Below, in pieces: positions 25,497 through 37,987 of a stretch of 64,000 nt of DNA. The position numbers and the translations under genes are program-made. Positions within the stretch are counted from its first letter, which is position 1, and each line of letters begins with the position of its first letter. The stretch comes from Yuukianura sp. NJ FZ-2021 (Eukaryota), in assembly GCA_046563655.1 (NCBI GenBank), contig CM102284.1:1860001-1924000 (forward strand), read 5' to 3'. The notes below the pieces were generated by a model. That model was not told the DNA's origin. It was given only the letters and a program-made list of their open reading frames with translations, and did no database searches.

Positions 25497-26969
25497 TTAA
25501 CTTTGGTTATCGACTTCGTCTTGTCCAATTTCATCCATTTCCTGATTTTCGTCATGTTCACGTTGTAGTACTTTGTTTTTGAGAATAATTCCTTCTTCTA
25601 GGTGAACTCCAGCAGGAAATTCTAGGTTTTTGACAGCATCTAGAAAAAAAAAACAAAGAAAATTAGTGTTTCATTTGTTTTGAACAGTGGAAGTTGAATT
25701 TATGTACAAAATTGAGTTTGTCTTACCTATATCGCAGTGTTTTTTAATAAAATCGGTGCAGAGTGATACGATTGCTGCATGACCAGAGAATGGAGTTACT
25801 TTTGGTATGACAGGAACTATCCAGTTGACGGCTGAAGTGATCCATGAAGGATAAGCATACACAAGCATCGGAAGATCGCTGATGTCAGTGTGAGTGGTTT
25901 TTTTAATTGTGAAAACTTTTCGCTCCTCCCCTTCCTCTGCTTTGGCAGTCACAAATTCTCGGATTTTCAGTAACGATTGGTCGGAATGGAAGTTTTCCAT
26001 GTTAATGAATAGGATTGGTTGCTTGACTCTTTTGGCATTGAAGTCACGTAGACTAAACATCCAAGAGTCAAGGCACAAACCGACTTTGAGTCTCGGTTCA
26101 TCAGCTAAGGCAAACAGCACCGTAGCACCACCAAACGAGTGTCCAGCTACGATAATGTTGTCTGTGTCAATTTGACCACGAAACTGACTATAGTCTAGTC
26201 CAGGTACTCCGTTTTCGGCAAAAACGTTTTGAATTTTGGTTCCATCGTTTAAACTGTGCAGCATGTCAAGTAGTTCACGAATTTCTCTGACACGAGTGCG
26301 TAGCTGGACTTGTCGGGCTTCAAAATGTTCTGTACCTTCGTATGGACCGAATTCGTCCATTCTCCGATGCTGCATCCACTCAATGTCACCGTCCTCAGTA
26401 GGGTATGTTGTGGCATATGCTGTAGTGTCACGGTGTTCCAGAACTGAAATGAAGACAAAACAGGATAAGAATAATTAAAGGCAAACACTAATCTAAGTGA
26501 TGACCGTACTTGCGACGATGAAACCAAGTGAGGCCAATTGACTGCAAATACTGGAGTAACTCGTACGAATTGTTCCAAGTCCATGACAGAAGACAATCAC
26601 TGGCCAAGGTCCTGTGGAAGTACTCGGTTGAAGTAAGTCTGAGTTCTGAATGAATGGCAAATGCACGTCGTTTCCAAGACGTTGTAGAAGTTTGATCAAA
26701 TGGGCAGCTCGAGGCGAAAAGATCGATGTCATGCTGCTCTTGTACTTTGGATCCGGGTACCAACTTGGCCATTGCGCATGCGTACTGGTCAAATCCACAG
26801 TTTGATCTTTCGCTGGATACAGAAGCCGAACAAGTATCCCGTTGTCTGTACCAGATCCTGTCAAAATATCATGGACACCGATCACTGGATATTCACCGGA
26901 CGGTACTGGAAGATGAACTTTTCCGGAAACATATGGCAGCTTAGTGGGAAACTTTGAACTCGATGACAT
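25497..26969 (-). CDS. Platelet-activating factor acetylhydrolase family lipase (439 aa, 3 exons)
   Basis: Exons 26510-26969, 25727-26443 and 25497-25639. Motifs LVRLLYP, PVIVFCHGLG, LASLGFIVA.LEHRD, GHSFGG (Ser), LDSW (Asp) and THTDISD (His). Confidence 0.9.
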
Positions 26970-27887
26970 TTTTTTCCAATTTTTATCCAAATCATAAAAA
27001 AAATTGTTTTTTAGTTTTCGAATAAGAAAGGGAGAGTTAATTCCGAAAAAGGCTGAGCGTGTATAACGAACAGTTTGTCGTATTAGAATGATACTGAACT
27101 CATTCAGCTTGTAAAGTTCACTTTCAGATTGACAGACAAACAGCGTATCCGACGTTGATTACAGAGACAAGTACGAGGCAAATAAGGAAACGACTAATCA
27201 GCTGATTACGCAGAACTTAACTTATCTGGTACTTCTGTCAAGAGTCAGCGGTTTCACAGAAATAGTTTTCTGTTCAGGGGATGACTGGCAGTTTATGCTA
27301 GTGTTTTAAGTGGAATCACATGATTGTGTAATAAAGCATCGAGTAATTGGGGGTGACGTATGACTTTACTTCGCACAGCTCGATCCAAATCTAATGTTTT
27401 TCCATTTCAGAGTACTTAACATCCAAAGGTTGAAGTTGTGGGTGGTTTAGCTTGATGACGACTTTTTACGAGATTTCGTTGACGAGTCGAGTCTAAAAGC
27501 GAAAGTCCAAAAGGCAGTTTCAGATTCACAGCTTGACATGGTTTAGGTACATTTATAACAAAAAATTAACAGTAAGTGGTTATGCCATACGATTGCGGCT
27601 GGAGTGAAACCACATCCAGAATCCACAGAGATCCGTGACATGCCGATAAGTGGTTCTCGATCGCTCTTTACCTTTCCTGCCCTGCTTTTTTTCGCCGTAC
27701 ATTCTAAAAACAAAATTGAAGCAGATTTTCAAAACACCTTCTCGTTGAATAAATTAACATCAAATTGAATATCATTATGTGCTAATAGGAAAAATCATAT
27801 ATAACATTTACCACTCCTGTTATTACCGCTTACTTACAAATTACGTTTTATCGTCGAAATGCTTTCCAGGACTTCCATTGTAAGTTG

Positions 27888-28242
27888 TCAAGCTAGACCA
27901 ACAGCATCACGGCTCCGTCTGTTTCCTCGTAGACCTTCGTCTTCCTCCTCCCAACAGTCGCAAGCACAACAAAATGGGCGACGATGCCGACGTCTGTAAA
28001 TGGCCCAAGCGATTACTCCGACTATCGCTGCCACTGCTAGCACTAATGCAGAAAAAGGTCAAAGGTCAAGTCCACTTGTGCAACATAGTCAAAGACATGG
28101 TAAGAAAAAAAGCTGAACTTATTCCATGCAGAATTGGTATTTCGATTCGACACATAATCTACTCACCTGACACTATGATTATCGTACTCAATACAAGATC
28201 TTTGGATCCAGTTTCGGCAATTATCCACTGCTTATAAATCAT
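27888..28242 (-). CDS. Small single-pass membrane protein (76 aa, 2 exons), absent from the ORF track
   Basis: Exons 28167-28242 and 27888-28042 with G|gtgagt donor and cattag acceptor give MIYKQWIIAETGSKDLVLSTIIIVSVLAVAAIVGVIAWAIYRRRHRRPFCCACDCWEEEDEGLRGNRRSRDAVGLA*. Confidence 0.7.
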
Positions 28243-28485
28243 TTTTAAATAAGGACAAACCGGACAAAGAACTTCTCAACCCATTTCTGCTAAAAAATAG
28301 TTTAACATTTGTTCGTCGAAACTTCTTTGTTTACATGTTGGTTGGCGGAAACAAACTTCACCCTTTGTAACCAAGAGATAATTGCCATAAAGATGATAAG
28401 TGGCTACTAGCTACGCTACAGCTAAATGTGTTGTGACTAGTTTCTTTTAACTACAAAAACAAATATTTTTAACCAACTTATCTAA

Positions 28486-31400
28486 CTACACCCGTGCTTT
28501 TCCTTCAAGAATATTGTTATACAGTGCTAGATCCAGTAAAACATATTTCCCATTTTGTAGAAAATAGACTGGATCCTTGATTTTGGTAATGTCGAAACCT
28601 TCCTTTTGTAATTCAGTTTTCTTGAATTTGAACGTTCCTAAGATAAAATTTTTGCAATTTAAAGATTATATTTTAATTAATCTAGCTGGAATTTTTTAAA
28701 ATTCTACACTATACCTGTCATTTCGATTTCTTTAAGAACTCGAACGAAAAGCGGTCGAGCGTAGGCGGGTAAATCCGAAGCTAAAGTGGTCGCTAAAGCA
28801 TTCAAATCTACCGAATTTGTAGGGTCCGCAATTGCCGTCATACCCGCCTTTCCATCAGCACCTTTTGAGTGTAGAACGAAAGTTAGTCCAAAATTTTTAG
28901 GTTTCCGCGCTTCATGTTTAAATCAAATATACGTTTTTTTGAATTTGAGAATTTTACCGGGGACGGGCACTCCGTAGACAGTGGAGTCGCGAAGACCAAC
29001 GGCTTTGCTTACGACGTTTTCAACTTCAGCAGTAGAAACGTTTTCACCTTTCCATCGGAAAGTGTCACCTTGTCGATCCTTGAAGTAGAAGTAACCAAAC
29101 TTGTCACGCACCAGCAGATCACCTAAATTTCAAAAAAAAAAAAAAAAACGATTAAAAAATGATTCAAATTTTAAAATTTTAAATTTAGCGCTTCTTTTTA
29201 CTCTCAAACTAGAATTTTTTTTACCAGAACGAAAAGCCCTGTCGCCTTTAACGATAACATCAGTGGCAATTTTCTTCCGGGCGGCCTCTGGATCTGTGTA
29301 CCTGTTTAAAAAGATGTTTTTAAAATTTTGAAAATACCGCGGCAATTGAAACTAAGGTTGAGAAATGTCTCAACTTACCCCTCAAACGAACTATGGGCGA
29401 TTTTGTTGTTGATGATGCCAACGAGTTCTCCCGGTTCGTCAACTGCGCATTGAAGAGCTAGCCCAGTTTCTGGATCACGTAAAATCTCGCCATCTTTGTT
29501 GACTTTGAGCAAGTAGAATGGGAGGAAAGGAGTGGCCAATCGCGGCAAACACCCCACGGCTCCAACAGTCCCGTCACAATTCACTGCAACAAGAAATTAT
29601 TTGATTGGTGTTTTAAAAAATGTGTCCAAAATGTACATTTTGACAAAAAAAAAAGCTTACTGAAGTTGCAGTTTCCTTCAGTGGATCCATAAAATTCGCA
29701 AATATTTTTAACGTTGAAACGATTGACGAATTCGGTCCAAATTTCTGGACGAAGACCGTTTCCAAACATTGCGCCAACTCGGTGCTGTTTGTCCTCTGGC
29801 TTCGGTGGCTGCGCCAACAAGTACCGGCATACTTCCCCAATGTACTGGAATACCTGAGCATGTGCAAAAAAAGAAGTTATAATCATGAGTTACAAAATTG
29901 GAGCTTTAGTTCAGAGAAAGTGCTCGTATACGAAGAAATTTTTGTGCTCTTATGCATATATTGTGCTCTTGTACACAATTTTAAAATAAATCTCACAGTG
30001 GCGTCGTGTTTGATGCATTGTTGCCAAAATCTGGACGCAGAAAATTTCTTCTCGATTGCGACAGTAATGCCGTACTGAAGCGCTGATCCAATTCCGAAAA
30101 TTCCAGCGTTCGTATGATACAGTGGTAACGGAGCATAGACAACATCATTCTCTTTTGCCCCCGTAACATAGTGAAATGCAGTAGTAGTATACAGGTACCG
30201 AGAGTGTCGGATAACGGCAGCCTTTGGTAAACCAGTCGTGCCTACAAATTTAGAATATATACAAAAATATATAAGATATTATAAATATATATTAATATAT
30301 AAAGTATGTACATGTATAATATATTTTGAAAATTTCGGACACATTACGTATTGTGATATCAATATTATACAATGTGTTGTACCGGAAGTGTAAATATAGA
30401 AGAGTTTATCAGAGTGGTTCATCCGTACGGGTACAACTGGGGGTTTTGGAGAACTTTTGTTCAATTCATCCGCTAGGTCAACGGCTTCTACTTTCTTCTG
30501 CGCACCTTCTCCAGTAGTCGTAAATGAGTAAAACTTAAGTCCAGATTCCAACATTCCATTCTCCAGTAGTTCATCAATTGCTAAAAAATAGGAATGGTAG
30601 GCAAAATGAAATTTGGAACTTGAAATTCTCAATATGAAAACTCAAAGCTAGACCTAAGATTATGATTTTATGAATCATAAAATTAACAAAATTATGATTT
30701 TTCTCAATTGTTTTTTACCGCCATAAAGATTTCCTCCAAAAATAATGCCCTTGCAACCACCAGCTTTGAGACAATGTTGCAACGGAGCGAGACGTAAGTT
30801 GTAGTTAATCAGTGCTGGAACAACACCAATCTGAACATAAATTAGTCAAAAAGTTCTCAAATTTCTAATGTGAAATTTTTTTTGTTGAAATTTTTTATCA
30901 TGTTTTGAAATGCGGTTTACCTTGGCTAGGCCCACCCAAATGCAAACGAATTCAACTCTGTTCTCCATGTAGAGTCCAATCTGGTCTCCCTTCATAAATC
31001 CTTGTTTTTGAAAGTAGTTTGCAACTTGGTTGGCTTTGGCTTGTACCTATATTAAAAATAAAACTTCGTTCAAAATTTCGAAATTTTTTGTCACTTTTGA
31101 AATTTACCTCGCGGAATGTCCATTTCTCATCTTCAAATCGAAAGCAAATTTTATGTGGATGTTTCCTTGCAGTCATATCAAATAATTTGTCAATTGTCAA
31201 ATTTCGGTTTCTTATTATAGCTAATGCCAAGATTGCACGACCGCCTTTCCACATCATACTGAAAACGAAATGTTAAATTTTTAAATTTTCAATTTTCTTA
31301 AATCCAAAATTAAAAGTGCCCGCTTACTAGAAATTTTTAGTTGTGTTTAACAAAATGTTCAAATTACCTTGCATCTCGACGAAAAATTTTCCAGTTAACT

Positions 31401-31603
31401 TTTGACTCCACAAATTTCCAAATTGCAATTGCAATAATTGCCGTGAAAAACAGCGCGCAGAACATTATTAACAAAATCTATCGATAAAATTTCTAACTTT
31501 ACAATTGTTCGACACTTTTGTTTCAAAAAATGTTTAATTTTTCGAAACAATCTGCTTGGAAAAATGCCAAGGCTCAACTGACCAGTTGAGCTGCAGTAAT
31601 CAT
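28486..31603 (-). CDS. Long-chain fatty acid transport protein (FATP/SLC27 family), multi-exon
   Basis: Motifs [62 protein letters not shown] and YARPLFVR. N-terminal TM segment. The start codon is tentative. Confidence 0.92.
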
Positions 31604-32188
31604 GAAATTTAATAGCACGAGGAAGTTGGACAATTGCGCTATGTTTTGAAGTGGAACCTACCCCTCGTGATTCTTTTGGAAGATAACACTCATGTGAACC
31701 AAAAACTGGATTGATAACGTCAGAACTTTAAACTTACACAAATCCTTTAAAAATCCACGAGACACTCGTTATTGTTTGAGAATTACACGAAAAAGGTCAA
31801 AGGTCAATTCATTCACTCTTGTGTCCTACTTCTTTCTACCGCCTAATTTTGGATTGATTCAGTTTCTAAGTTGGAAATTTGATTGTTTAGAATTCAAAAA
31901 TTATGATTTCAGCATTTTTCAATTCGATTCACGCCATATTTTTGTAATTCAAAATTTGGTTGAAGTAAACTTGGACTCGCCGGTTGTACCCATTTTTTTG
32001 AAATTTTCGTTGCTACTCACAAAATGCAATGTGTTAAGAGTATTTCCGAAGAAACGCAAGGAAACTTTCATTACTTGTGTACATTTATATTTTACTGAAA
32101 TTAGAATTGCAATTACACGCATCAAAGTATTAATTACTTTTAGTGTTATGTTACACTCTTAAAATTATCCTGTTTCCTCGCCATTATT

Positions 32189-34192
32189 TTAAAGCTTCAG
32201 GCTGTGCCAAAGTATTTTTAATTTGGAGTACCACGTGAGAAATAACTCAAAAACGAATATACAGAAGGAGGGTAGTGCGCATGCTGCAAAGATGAAAAAT
32301 AGAGAAGTGATGCTGTGTTGTAGGTTGAGTGGAGCGTACTTGAATGTCCGATGCATGAAATCTTCCAGAATAACCTTGTACTTTACTCCATAGTACTTCT
32401 GTTGCAGAATTCCAGAATGTTGAAGTGCCAAAAACCGAATGTGGAACCGTTCATCTTTGTCTTCGTCCATTGTGTAGATGGTCCAAGCCAAATTTCCTTT
32501 TAACAAATATTCTTTTCCATAGTAGATTTCAATTGACGGGTTAAGGCGATAGGCTCTCAGATAAAACTGGGCCAGCTCCGACATGTTACCTATGAAAATT
32601 CCCTTGTCGCAACGAATAAAATCCTGTAACAGTGTGTCGTAATAGTTCTCGGTAAAATCAAAATGCATACTTCCCATCCAGCTCTCATATCTTTGCTTTG
32701 CCAATTTGCTTATACGAGCTTTATCATACTCCAAAGTGTCTTGCAGATGAGCAATGAATTCGTTGAGTTTAAACGAACGTATTATGAAAAAGAGATCCTC
32801 CAAAGTTTTATTTCTCAACTCCGTTATTGTGGCGCCTGGCGGAACGGCTTGGCTTGTGTCAGTTAGTATTTTGAATCCAATTTGGATTGCTTGATCTACA
32901 GTTTCGACTGTCTGTGAAGGCAGAGGAGCCGTGAGGTCAGTGGTAACCATTCCACGGTAGTCGTTTGTCACTTGAAAACAACCGAAAACTAACGTGAATG
33001 CAAAAATGTGGAAAACCCATTTTTGTGATTTAGACGTCGGCAATTTCAGCTCCTGCTCAAATATAATAATGAACAAAAACATCCAGGCCGAGATAGCTCT
33101 TACTCCATGAAACCGAAACCAAAGCTCAACTAGGAGATAGGCGGCAATTAGCGTGATGAGACAAATTATCCAAACATCGTTACTTAGCGGTTGGGCATAA
33201 AACTTAAGTGAAAAATAAGACTGCGCTCCATCGCATGCTAGAAATTTGAATTTTGATTCCTTTGTAATATAGTGGTAGTTCCTGCCAGTATTCCCTTCAT
33301 CCAACTTCATCGGCACTTGTGCAATATTATAGTCACTAATAACTCTTACTGCTGTCCTAATGTTAGGCCAATCCCAGCGTGAAAATGAAATGAGTAACCT
33401 TGGCCAACCTTCGCGCTCGGATATTTGGGATATGTTATGCTTTTGAGGTTCGAATATTTGGTTCAAAAAGTAGGCATCTTTATGTACTGTGGTTTTATCC
33501 GTATATATATGACTTACTGTATTGAAATGGTACCTGTAGTAGCAGTTATCATTGATTGTAACATCGTGCAATATTTTAAAAAAACGACGAATGGAGGCAT
33601 TAGCCATTCGTTGTTTAGAAACCTCCAGTAGAACGATAGTGTCGCAGGGATGACGCACACTATAATATATTCTATAAATCGAATTTATTACTTGAACATG
33701 GTAGTGCACTTGAAAGGTGTATAAGGGTTGAGATTTCTCGTTTTCTCGCAGTATCTCGTCATGTATCCAAATCAGATGAGATGCAACACCTCGGCAATAA
33801 GGAATACCAACTCGTCCACGCGTGTACTCGCACGCATATATCCATTGCAGATGAGAGTGCAATTGTTTTGCCAAGTTCGCCGTCGGATACAACTGGATTA
33901 TGTTTAGATGGCACACGAGTTTGCGTGAATAGCGTGTCAAATTTAACTTCTGAATTGTTCTAGTAGTCTCCTCATTTTTGTTATGACCCAAGGAAATTAG
34001 TGTAACTGGTGATAGTATCAGTTTGTTAAAATGAAGTACTCTGCTATTAGTATTACTTTCCAAAAAGAAAATGAAATTGTCGCAGTTATAAAAGTCTTTT
34101 ACAAGAGCAGTAGAGAAACTAATTACGGAGTAGGATGTTGGCAAAATTGTAGTTTCGAGTGCTAAAACAAGGAGAAATATTTGGTGAGACAT
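32189..34192 (-). CDS. Divergent ionotropic receptor-like protein (667 aa, intronless)
   Basis: Signal peptide. M1 region QPLSNDVWIICL, pore FIIIFEQ, M3 NDYRGMVTTDLTAP, and late LQHSGI and PLNLQHSITSLFFI motifs typical of divergent arthropod IRs. Confidence 0.8.
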   Translation of the reverse strand: MSHQIFLLVLALETTILPTSYSVISFSTALVKDFYNCDNFIFFLESNTNSRVLHFNKLILSPVTLISLGHNKNEETTRTIQKLNLTRYSRKLVCHLNIIQLYPTANLAKQLHSHLQWIYACEYTRGRVGIPYCRGVASHLIWIHDEILRENEKSQPLYTFQVHYHVQVINSIYRIYYSVRHPCDTIVLLEVSKQRMANASIRRFFKILHDVTINDNCYYRYHFNTVSHIYTDKTTVHKDAYFLNQIFEPQKHNISQISEREGWPRLLISFSRWDWPNIRTAVRVISDYNIAQVPMKLDEGNTGRNYHYITKESKFKFLACDGAQSYFSLKFYAQPLSNDVWIICLITLIAAYLLVELWFRFHGVRAISAWMFLFIIIFEQELKLPTSKSQKWVFHIFAFTLVFGCFQVTNDYRGMVTTDLTAPLPSQTVETVDQAIQIGFKILTDTSQAVPPGATITELRNKTLEDLFFIIRSFKLNEFIAHLQDTLEYDKARISKLAKQRYESWMGSMHFDFTENYYDTLLQDFIRCDKGIFIGNMSELAQFYLRAYRLNPSIEIYYGKEYLLKGNLAWTIYTMDEDKDERFHIRFLALQHSGILQQKYYGVKYKVILEDFMHRTFKYAPLNLQHSITSLFFIFAACALPSFCIFVFELFLTWYSKLKILWHSLKL

Positions 34193-34779
34193 TTCTGCAT
34201 CGACTACCCCTTAAGAAATGACACTGAATTTGACATTGGCTTTCGTGTTAAGTGTGTCGTGTTTGCACCAATCTTGTTTGCAAAAAAAAAACAGAGAAAG
34301 GAATTTAGAGCAACTGTAATTGGTTTGTTGTTTATAATAAATTAATTAAGGTGAAATTTAGAACCAAAACGGTTTCTAACCATTATAGAGTATGGATATT
34401 GGAAAGTTTAAAAGTTTAGCATCTTGTCGTGCTATCCTTCCAATATTGCACAAAAATGTTTTATATATGTAATCATTGCAGGAAGCGTCGATTATGTAAG
34501 ATGTCGTAATCTACATTTACAGAAACTTTTTAAGTGAAACGTTTAAATTAAGTATATGTTCGTGTTCAGTTAATACAATACCGTAAAGTTTAATGTTGTT
34601 TAACAACCTCTGCTATACGTATTTGCTATTTTCGGAAATCCTGAGCTCTAGTATCAAAATACTTTATACAAATTCATTGTTTCTTTGGAACACCTAATTT
34701 CTAGTTCTGCAACTTTTACGTTATCTACTTTTTTTTGCAGTTTGTCAAATAAAATTAGAAGGAACGTGTTTCATTTTAC

Positions 34780-34932
34780 ATGGCTTTGAGAATGTTTCTT
34801 GTAGGAACCATTTTCGGAATTCTAAGTACGCCAACGTATTTACAGCTTTTGAGTACCACGTGAGAAGCGTCCCAGAAATAAACCTACAAATAGAAACTAA
34901 TACGCATGCGCCATAGACGAAAACAGCAAAAC
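34780..34932 (-). pseudogene. Relic 3' end of a paralogous IR-like gene
   Basis: Translates FAVFVYGACVLVSICRFISGTLLTWYSK versus SLFFIFAACALPSFCIFVFELFLTWYSK in the neighbouring gene. 16-nt identity gagtaccacgtgagaa at 34851 and 32226. Confidence 0.7.
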
Positions 34933-35133
34933 AATTAATTAATTTAATGAGGATTAATGAGTTACATTACGGTTTGAAATTTTGGTAATTTGGACACAAG
35001 CGAAGTCATGAAATGGTGAATTTATCTTGGCATACAACAAAGCGACTGGTTACAACTCAAATGGAAGAATTTGATTGGTTGAAGAAAGAATTAGTTTTAT
35101 TGGTCTATAAGTGTAGGCCATTTCAGTTTATAA

Positions 35134-35751
35134 CTAATAAGATTTATAACTTGGGTATGATGCTTTTCCTGGATTGAAACCTTTGAGCTTCCCTTTGACT
35201 TGTGTAAAAACGTTGTCCATAATTTTGAAATTGTCTGACCAAATGCGACTGTATCTTTTAAGTCGAAGTGTCTCGTTTAGAAGATTTTGGACGTCTGTTC
35301 CAAGCGGTATAATTTGAGCATGCATTCCTTGTACTTGTGAATAGTAGCTTTCGTAGTGCGTTTCAATGTAACCAATCCACTGGATGTTACTAGACGACTG
35401 ATACATCATGTTACCTAAAAAGCAAAAAATTTTGATGAAAAAGCGCCAACTTTTGAAAACGAGGACCTTTTATGAAATTTTAAACTCTGAAAACTGATTT
35501 AGTTGGTTACTTATTCTTTTGCTGATGGTATTAAGTTGTGTTTGGTAGTCTGCTGTCTGAAAATTTAAATGAAAAATATTGATTTCCAATTTCCTTTTAA
35601 TTCTCAAAAGTCAAACTCTTTTTTAAATGTTCAATTTTTTTTATAGTTTTTGTTCTAATTTAGAAAAACTTACCTGAAGGTTCACCTCATAAGTAAGCAA
35701 GGCCAAGCAGAAACTCAACTTCAAAAATTTTTGAGTAAATCCATGACGCAT
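35134..35751 (-). CDS. Secreted predicted coiled-coil protein, paralog P2 (134 aa, 3 exons)
   Basis: Exons 35674-35751, 35511-35556 and 35134-35414, phases 0, 1. Motifs YQTQLNTISKR and WSDNFKIMDNVFTQVK. Confidence 0.82.
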
Positions 35752-36035
35752 TTTTTCAATTTGCTTGTTTTCACAATATTTTCCTAATATGCTAAAATGA
35801 GCGGTGGAAATTTAAAGTAAGTTTTAAAAAAAGCTTTTTTTTTATGAAAAAAGTGGAAATTCTGTAATGTGAAATATTCTTTTGTTAACAAATTTCAAGG
35901 TATTGCAAATAACGCTCAACATGCAATTGGAAATTCATTTTGTACGCAAAACCCCAATTAGTTAACAACAATAAGCTACCTTTTAACTTTAAGGTCAATC
36001 AAATTGGAAAAATAGATTTGTTACAAATCGGGTGT

Positions 36036-36478
36036 ACATAAGTAGCGGAAAAAGAAATTCGACCTACTGCACTACTGAGAGTCGTTGTACAGCTGAAACC
36101 CGTAGAGCACAGTCAAGAATCTATTTGAAAGAGTGGCAAAGTACATTGACCTATGACTCGGATAGATGTAACTCAGGGTCACACCACATGATATACACAA
36201 ATGTTATTGATTGTCATGAGATGGACAATTTTTCGTAGACGTTTTTCCCCATGCTACCGGAGATAAAAACTGACGTGACCCTTGGCCCAGAAGAAGTTGG
36301 CCCGCCGTAGCATGATATCCAACATTCCAACAGCGAACATCCCGGCTTTACTTGGTGAAAACAGATTCGGAAATGTTGAACAGTTTACGCGATGACGCTG
36401 ACGGACGGATGGCTTGCTACAAAAACGGACAGATAGACAGACAAGGTCTACGCATAAAGTAGCTTTCGTACTTAATAA
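36036..36478 (-). mobile_element. Helentron/DINE-1-like non-autonomous element (HINE-like)
   Basis: On the minus strand it begins ttattaagtacgaaagctactttatg, contains a (gtct/gtcc)n microsatellite and ends gctacttatgtac. It shares these ends with the element at 37406. Confidence 0.55.
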
Positions 36479-36594
36479 ACAGTGTATGGAATTGCCATAC
36501 TTCGACTTAAGAATTACTAAATTTTGCACACAGACGCTAAGTTTTATTTAAGAAATTAACTCTTTTTTTTTGGTTTGACATAAATTTGAACATT

Positions 36595-37148
36595 TTAGAG
36601 CGGAATTTTAGTTTGAGCAAGAGGAAAGTCGACACTTCTTTTGATTTGTTTGAACGTAACTTCCATAATTCTGAAATTTCTGGCCCATTGATCGCTCTGC
36701 TTTCGTAACTTTTCAAGTTGTAGACGAGCAGTGTTGTAATGTGTCTGAAGTTGGTTTACTTTGGCGTTGATGGCATCGATTTGACTTGCGTACGACTTCA
36801 TTTCGCTCTGCAGTTGATCCACTTGACCTGAGTTCGAAGCCATTTGGTTATTCAAGTCGTCTAAAAAATGTTACACTAAAAGTTTAACTCCAGCCGCCAA
36901 TGATTCTAAATTTTAAAAATTATTTTTATTCTTACCCATTTGGGTGTTCAATTTGTCAATTCCTTGCTGGTAGTTCTAGAATATCAGATATTAATTAGTT
37001 TTCACTAATAAATTTGTGACTTACGTAGGTGTAATTGTGTTAACTGAAATTGATTTTGACAGAAGTTACATACCGTTGAGAACACTAATAAAATTTGCGT
37101 TAAAAAACAAAAAACAAATGCAAACTTATGCCACATAGTTGTGAACAT
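36595..37148 (-). CDS. Secreted predicted coiled-coil protein, paralog P3 (126 aa, 3 exons)
   Basis: Exons 37074-37148, 36936-36975 and 36595-36860, phases 0, 1. Motif WARNFRIMEVTFKQIK. Confidence 0.82.
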
Positions 37149-37405
37149 ATTTTCAGTTTCTTTTTTTTAAATGAACTTCTGTTTGAAAATTTGCACGTGC
37201 TTAATTTTCAGTAAAAGCTAATAATATGATCTTTTTTTTTACTAAAATCAGGAACCTAACCACCTTTTGTTAACTGGCATGCAATGCAGCTCTTGCAGCT
37301 TATTAATCGCTGACCCTGGCTAACAGTCACGTACTACCAAATTCTTTGAAACGCCAGTTTTCAAAAATATTAGTAACTTACATGCTTATTTTTTATTACG
37401 ACTAA

Positions 37406-37733
37406 TTATTAAGTAGCGAATGTCTGAGCTATTTTATGTTTTTCGTCAGTCTGTCTGTCCGTCCGTCTGCTAGTCGAGCTCGCTCTAGAACCACTGGACC
37501 GATTTTCAATTTGTCTTTTCAGATTAACTTCACATGGTCCAGGGGTGACTAATCATCTGATTCGACCGGAAGTGGACAACTTCCGGGTCAAAAGTCAAGG
37601 TCAAGTACTGTTTTGGCGGAATTCGGAAAAATTACCTTGTTGAATTGATTTCCTGTTTGACCGGAAGTGGACAGCTTCCGGGTTGTGCACTGCGTTTTTA
37701 ATTTGCTACTTATTTACGGCGTTTACAGCGGTT
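37406..37733 (+). mobile_element. Helentron/DINE-1-like non-autonomous element (HINE-like)
   Basis: Subterminal inverted repeats taagtagc / gctactta, a gtctgtctgtccgtccgtc microsatellite, a ccgatttt core, and two internal hairpins ccggaagtggacarcttccgg. Confidence 0.6.
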
Positions 37734-37987
37734 TATTTTGTACTGTTGGTCGAAATTAATACGACTTTGAGTTTGGTTTGAAAAGACTTCCGGCAACTTT
37801 TTGAAAATGATAGAAGAAGTACAAAGTACCAGATTCTCTGATAATAGATATGTGCCCACAACTCGGCCAACAATGATTGCAGTGTGAACAATTTACTGTG
37901 TCTTTAATGAAACAATTGATTTGCAACTTCAATCTATTTGTTAAATCAGGTTATGTACCTAAAAAGGAAATAGAAATACAGATAACT

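Noticed and set aside
27974-28237. 87-aa plus-strand ORF
   Set aside because: It is antisense to the better-supported spliced TM microprotein and has no features of its own.
26990-28242. Microprotein exon 1 spliced onto PAF-AH as a membrane anchor
   Set aside because: A phase-compatible cag exists at about 27053, but it has a poor pyrimidine tract. A TCAGT initiator-like motif at about 27095 suggests PAF-AH has its own start. No supporting evidence.
30279-30390. Apparent premature stop after YIYTSGTT in FATP
   Set aside because: An intron starts within the Gly codon, and the motif resumes as GTTGLPKAA at about 30242.
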